Virus record (IMG/VR): IMGVR_UViG_3300031983_000005
Location: 1 to 41,691 of that record
DNA from: a virus
Strand: one strand, 5' to 3'
DNA length: 41,691 nt
Both the position numbers and the translations under genes were made by a program. Under the pieces are notes generated by a model, which worked only from the letters and a program-made list of their open reading frames with translations, ran no database searches and was not told the origin of the DNA. Below, piece after piece: positions 38,972 through 41,691 of the stretch. Numbering within the stretch: the stretch's first letter is position 1; each line of letters begins with the position of its first letter.

Positions 38972-39318
38972 TTTGGAGCCCCTTTTTTTATGAATATATA
39001 CTTAAAAAACAATTCATGAAAGATTAAAATTTCGACCGGTAGCGCTGGCAGCCACAAATAAACCGGCATCCCACTTTTGCAAAATAATACGATCGACGTG
39101 ACGATGAATAATTGTTTCAGTTTTTTGGCGTCGTGCCAGGCATCTCTTCCGAAAATCTTCCGGTACCAGGGAAGTTTTTGATAATCCGTTGCCAGCCTCC
39201 AATAATTAGTGGCCGGAAAAATCATAATATGCCGGTGGAATAAAACAGTGTCCATAACGGCGTCGAGAATGTAAGCAACGCCGAATGATACCAATCCAAA
39301 AACATAGAGCCAGATCAT
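38968..39318 (-). CDS. Integral membrane protein (116 aa)
   Basis: Track ORF 38968..39366 trimmed to ATG 39318 (MIWLYVFGLVSFGVAYIL...), which directly follows the stop of the zinc-ribbon gene. Several TM segments. Confidence 0.6.
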   Translation of the reverse strand: MIWLYVFGLVSFGVAYILDAVMDTVLFHRHIMIFPATNYWRLATDYQKLPWYRKIFGRDAWHDAKKLKQLFIVTSIVLFCKSGMPVYLWLPALPVEILIFHELFFKYIFIKKGAPK

Positions 39319-39320
39319 TT

Positions 39321-39506
39321 TTACTTCTTTTGAATTATTGGTGATATTTTTAGGGGTGCTCCGCAATGGCTGCAGCGGAACCGGAAAAGCCGTTCATTCC
39401 GCCAGAGCCGGCCTTTACATTTATAGCATGGATAATTGATAAGCCGGAACGGCGTTTGATATTCGACCGGTATCGTAAAATTATAGTGGAGTTCGGCCGG
39501 TATCAT
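39321..39506 (-). CDS. Zinc-ribbon protein (61 aa)
   Basis: Track ORF 39321..39584 trimmed to ATG 39506 (ATGA overlap with the upstream stop). Sequence is MIPAELHYNF...CYKC...CSHC. Confidence 0.55.
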   Translation of the reverse strand: MIPAELHYNFTIPVEYQTPFRLINYPCYKCKGRLWRNERLFRFRCSHCGAPLKISPIIQKK

Positions 39507-39799
39507 AAAAGCGCCCAGATTAAAAATCGAACAAGCGCCAGGCCAGCGATCGCGCCGACCATATTCGCACCCATATCTTCCCAAAATTCGGTCGGATCTT
39601 TATCCCTGTCGACGACTTCGTTTATATAGCCGATCGCCATGACCGTCAAAAATGATAAAACGGCGGTCCAGGCGAAGATCTGTCCGAGCCATTTAGTATA
39701 TAAGCCAAAGAATAGGATCGCGAGGATTGTCGCGAGCCATAAATGCCAGGGAAAGCCCCAGTTCTTTTTTGTCAGATTGCGAAAAAATTTAACGATCAT
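39503..39799 (-). CDS. Integral membrane protein (98 aa), holin candidate by position
   Basis: Track ORF. RBS is AAAGGTGG. About 3 TM segments. First gene of the membrane/lysin cassette. Confidence 0.6.
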   Translation of the reverse strand: MIVKFFRNLTKKNWGFPWHLWLATILAILFFGLYTKWLGQIFAWTAVLSFLTVMAIGYINEVVDRDKDPTEFWEDMGANMVGAIAGLALVRFLIWALL

Positions 39800-40071
39800 T
39801 TTTTGCCACCTTTCATTTTTTTGTGATTACGTCGTGTCGCGAATTCATCGCGGTACGCGCGGATAAGTAATTTTTTCCCGACCTTTTGAAATATAAATAA
39901 ATGCTGCAATCCACAATCACAGCATATAATATTATAGATCTACTCGTTCGGACCGATCTTCTCGGTGAACATGGGTTCGCCGCTGAGCGCTGATTTCATT
40001 TTGAACCCTTTCTTTCGGGAGGCGAAAGATCCATGAATTCGGATAAGTATATTTATAAATTATTCGGCTGA

Positions 40072-40194
40072 TCAGCCTTTCATTTTCCGGCGTTTGAATA
40101 TATTATCGAGGACGGCTTTTTCATATTTCCGTTTTTTATATAGATAAATAATTGCTGCCGGTAGTTCTCGAATAATGCCTAAAATACGCCTCAT
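40072..40194 (-). CDS. Possible small basic protein (40 aa)
   Basis: Manual ORF after AAGAGG: MRRILGIIRELPAAIIYLYKKRKYEKAVLDNIFKRRKMKG. Confidence 0.3.
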   Translation of the reverse strand: MRRILGIIRELPAAIIYLYKKRKYEKAVLDNIFKRRKMKG

Positions 40195-40223
40195 TTCGAC
40201 CTCTTAGGTATAAGGCCGCCTTG

Positions 40224-40260
40224 AGATCATCGCTTGAGCGCGATCCTCGACGGCCGTTTT
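40224..40260. repeat. Dispersed 37-bp element, copy B
   Basis: AGATCATCGCTTGAGCGCGATCCTCGACGGCCGTTTT matches about 30 of 37 positions of 7921-7957. It is flanked by GGCCG/CGGCC arms and a plus-strand T-run. Confidence 0.7.
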
Positions 40261-40261
40261 T

Positions 40262-40492
40262 TCAGTATTTACGCCGGCTGCCCTTTTGCCGGTTAGTTTT
40301 CCTTGATACCGCGCGTAAATTCGATTTTCTATTTGATCCGCCTTTACTGAGCGACCGTTTGTGATCGACTTCGCGCCTGTCTGTTGGTTTTAAACCGAGG
40401 ATCCGCCGCGCTTTATTCCGCATGGACCGGAGGCGGCGCTGCTTTGGTTTTCCGTGAAAATCTCGATATTCCTTTTTGTAGTTTCGCGCCAT
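40262..40492 (-). CDS. Small HNH endonuclease (76 aa)
   Basis: Track ORF. REVDHKRSLSKGGSNRKSNLRAVSRKTNRQKG carries the DH...N...N core of HNH nucleases. Confidence 0.65.
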   Translation of the reverse strand: MARNYKKEYRDFHGKPKQRRLRSMRNKARRILGLKPTDRREVDHKRSLSKGGSNRKSNLRAVSRKTNRQKGSRRKY

Positions 40493-40795
40493 TTAAGCCG
40501 TCGCCTTTTGTTTTTTGGGTTCCTTTTTCGGTGTTTCCATGTTTTCAATTTGCTCGATGGTGAGCAAATCAAGATCCAGTTGACCGGTCCGGATCTCGTT
40601 CCACTTCTTTTTGACCTCGAATTCAAAATCGCGGATGGTTTCTTTATAGCCGGCAATCACTTTGGCGATCTCTGCCTCATACTCGGCGAGTTCCTCTTTT
40701 TTCGTGTCGCGCTGATCTTCAATTTCCATTATCTGATTCATGACGGCCAGGTATTCGGTTTTTTCCCGATTGGTTATAGAATAGAGTTGTATCAC
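40493..40795 (-). CDS. Coiled-coil hypothetical protein (100 aa)
   Basis: Track ORF. Abuts the HNH gene start. Confidence 0.7.
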   Translation of the reverse strand: MIQLYSITNREKTEYLAVMNQIMEIEDQRDTKKEELAEYEAEIAKVIAGYKETIRDFEFEVKKKWNEIRTGQLDLDLLTIEQIENMETPKKEPKKQKATA

Positions 40796-41112
40796 TTTAT
40801 TTTCCTCCTTTTAAAATAGTGGCAAAATTCTGCGGCCACATCCAATGATGTGAGTAAAAATTCCTTGCTATCGGCGCGGTCAAAATCAAATAATCCGCTG
40901 GCGCTATCAAAGTTCCTCTTAAAAAAACATACATTGGAATGCTCGCATTGAAAACATGAATTATATTCCGTGAAACTGCTTTTATGTTGGTTAATATTTA
41001 GCCTCCTTTTCAAAGCGTACAGGTTTGCGGTCTTTGAAGTTTTCCGGACGGATCGGCGAAAAAAAGAGATCCCGGGGATAGCAACTCGGCGCGCTGGAAT
41101 CTTTGATGCCAT
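40792..41112 (-). CDS. Hypothetical protein; 5' extent doubtful (overlaps 40991..41314 by 122 nt)
   Basis: Track ORF, 106 aa. There is no internal ATG after the upstream stop. Cys/His-containing segment CFQCEHSNVC. Confidence 0.35.
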   Translation of the reverse strand: MASKIPARRVAIPGISFFRRSVRKTSKTANLYALKRRLNINQHKSSFTEYNSCFQCEHSNVCFFKRNFDSASGLFDFDRADSKEFLLTSLDVAAEFCHYFKRRKIK

Positions 41113-41314
41113 ACATGACCGCAGCCGGAAAAAATACGACGAAAACGAATTTATCGTTTTTCGATTTTACGACGCCGAATTCAACGTCGGGGTGTTTTTT
41201 GAAGATCAGATTTTCGACCTGAACCATCGTCTGACCGTCCGCGATGTGGCTCGGTATATAGGCGACCGGCTGGCCGATATAAAAATCCTTTGATTCCTTT
41301 CCTTTGATGATCAC
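40991..41314 (-). CDS. Hypothetical protein (107 aa)
   Basis: Track ORF. ATGA overlap with the upstream gene. Confidence 0.65.
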   Translation of the reverse strand: MIIKGKESKDFYIGQPVAYIPSHIADGQTMVQVENLIFKKHPDVEFGVVKSKNDKFVFVVFFPAAVMYGIKDSSAPSCYPRDLFFSPIRPENFKDRKPVRFEKEAKY

Positions 41315-41532
41315 AATTCCCCCTTATCTTTTAGATGTTCGATCATTGCTTTTTTTAGCCTGTCCTCTTTGAGATTCATTAAAAAGTGAACCTTTGAAGA
41401 TACCAGTTGAGCAATAATTTCCGCCTTGTTATCTCTGATCGGAAATTCAAGATCTTTTAATTCAATGGGTTTGGTGTGAATTTCGACGGTGTTTTCGTCA
41501 CAATCAATAATTATTGTCGCTCGATTATCCAT
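41311..41532 (-). CDS. Hypothetical protein (73 aa)
   Basis: Track ORF. RBS is GAAAGGGCTTAATATG. First gene after the conserved 18-mer, copy a. Confidence 0.7.
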   Translation of the reverse strand: MDNRATIIIDCDENTVEIHTKPIELKDLEFPIRDNKAEIIAQLVSSKVHFLMNLKEDRLKKAMIEHLKDKGEL

Positions 41533-41558
41533 ATTAAGCCCTTTCCTATTCGATGAAT

Positions 41559-41576
41559 GTGATAGAGGGAGCCTTT
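41559..41576 (-). promoter_or_regulatory. Conserved 18-mer AAAGGCTCCCTCTATCAC, copy a
   Basis: Perfect copy 26 nt upstream of ATG 41532. Only this copy has a TTGATC hexamer 17 nt upstream of TATCAC. Confidence 0.7.
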
Positions 41577-41611
41577 GGCTCGATCAATTTAAGTTCTTTT
41601 GCGACTTTTTG

Positions 41612-41691
41612 TCAGAATTCTTTGCCCTCGGGTGCCGGCGGCCAGTCGAAAGCGATCGCGACCGCGTTGTAAAATTTTCCTTTCTCGATTT
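41612..41691 (-). CDS. 3' end of the junction-spanning ORF (same gene as 1..503)
   Basis: Same frame through the 55-bp overlap; ends ...AFDWPPAPEGKEF then TGA at 41614..41612. Confidence 0.6.
   Translation of the reverse strand, partial: IEKGKFYNAVAIAFDWPPAPEGKEF
41637..41691. repeat. Terminal direct repeat, copy 2
   Basis: Exact copy of bases 1-55. Confidence 0.9.

Overview
The window is a complete genome of a tailed dsDNA phage with siphovirus-type tail genes. Bases 1-55 are repeated exactly at 41637-41691, so the unique length is 41,636 bp, consistent with a circular or circularly permuted genome. Most genes are on the minus strand. Reading in the direction of transcription (descending coordinates), the layout is as follows. 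(1) An early-left operon starts at a divergent promoter near 6830: HTH protein, YqaJ-type exonuclease, RecT, Rep-O-like replication protein, Dam-family N6-adenine methyltransferase, a small PD-(D/E)XK-like protein, then an AT-rich run of very small genes that crosses the circularisation point. (2) 41532-37716 holds small genes, an HNH nuclease, a membrane protein/lipoprotein/lysin cassette and a VRR-NUC-like nuclease. (3) 34438-8150 is the packaging and virion operon: DUF2188-like gene, ParB-like gene, B12-type radical SAM gene, TerS, TerL, portal, minor head protein, scaffold, major capsid protein, connectors, four tail-tube paralogs, G/GT chaperones with a -1 frameshift, tape measure, distal tail genes, a repeat-rich fibre and an outer-membrane-barrel-like moron. 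Three short plus-strand operons start at 6941, 34641 and 37016. I recognise no integrase, CI-type repressor, tRNA, CRISPR array, reverse transcriptase or RNA polymerase. The signal-peptide barrel protein, the lipoprotein and the GH108 lysin point to a diderm host. The most notable observations are: (a) the only recognisable endolysin is absent from the ORF track because one in-frame TGA sits where its family has a conserved Trp; (b) a translationally coupled ParB-like / B12-type radical SAM pair lies upstream of the terminase genes; (c) a perfectly conserved 18-mer sits at module boundaries; (d) a reused roughly 20-nt translation-initiation cassette imposes KALEGK C-termini on small early proteins; (e) there are four tandem tail-tube paralogs, and two virion proteins share a 21-23 aa repeat; (f) a 530-bp gene-free region is packed with AAAAAGCG repeats. 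All functional calls come from motif recognition by eye; no database search was run.
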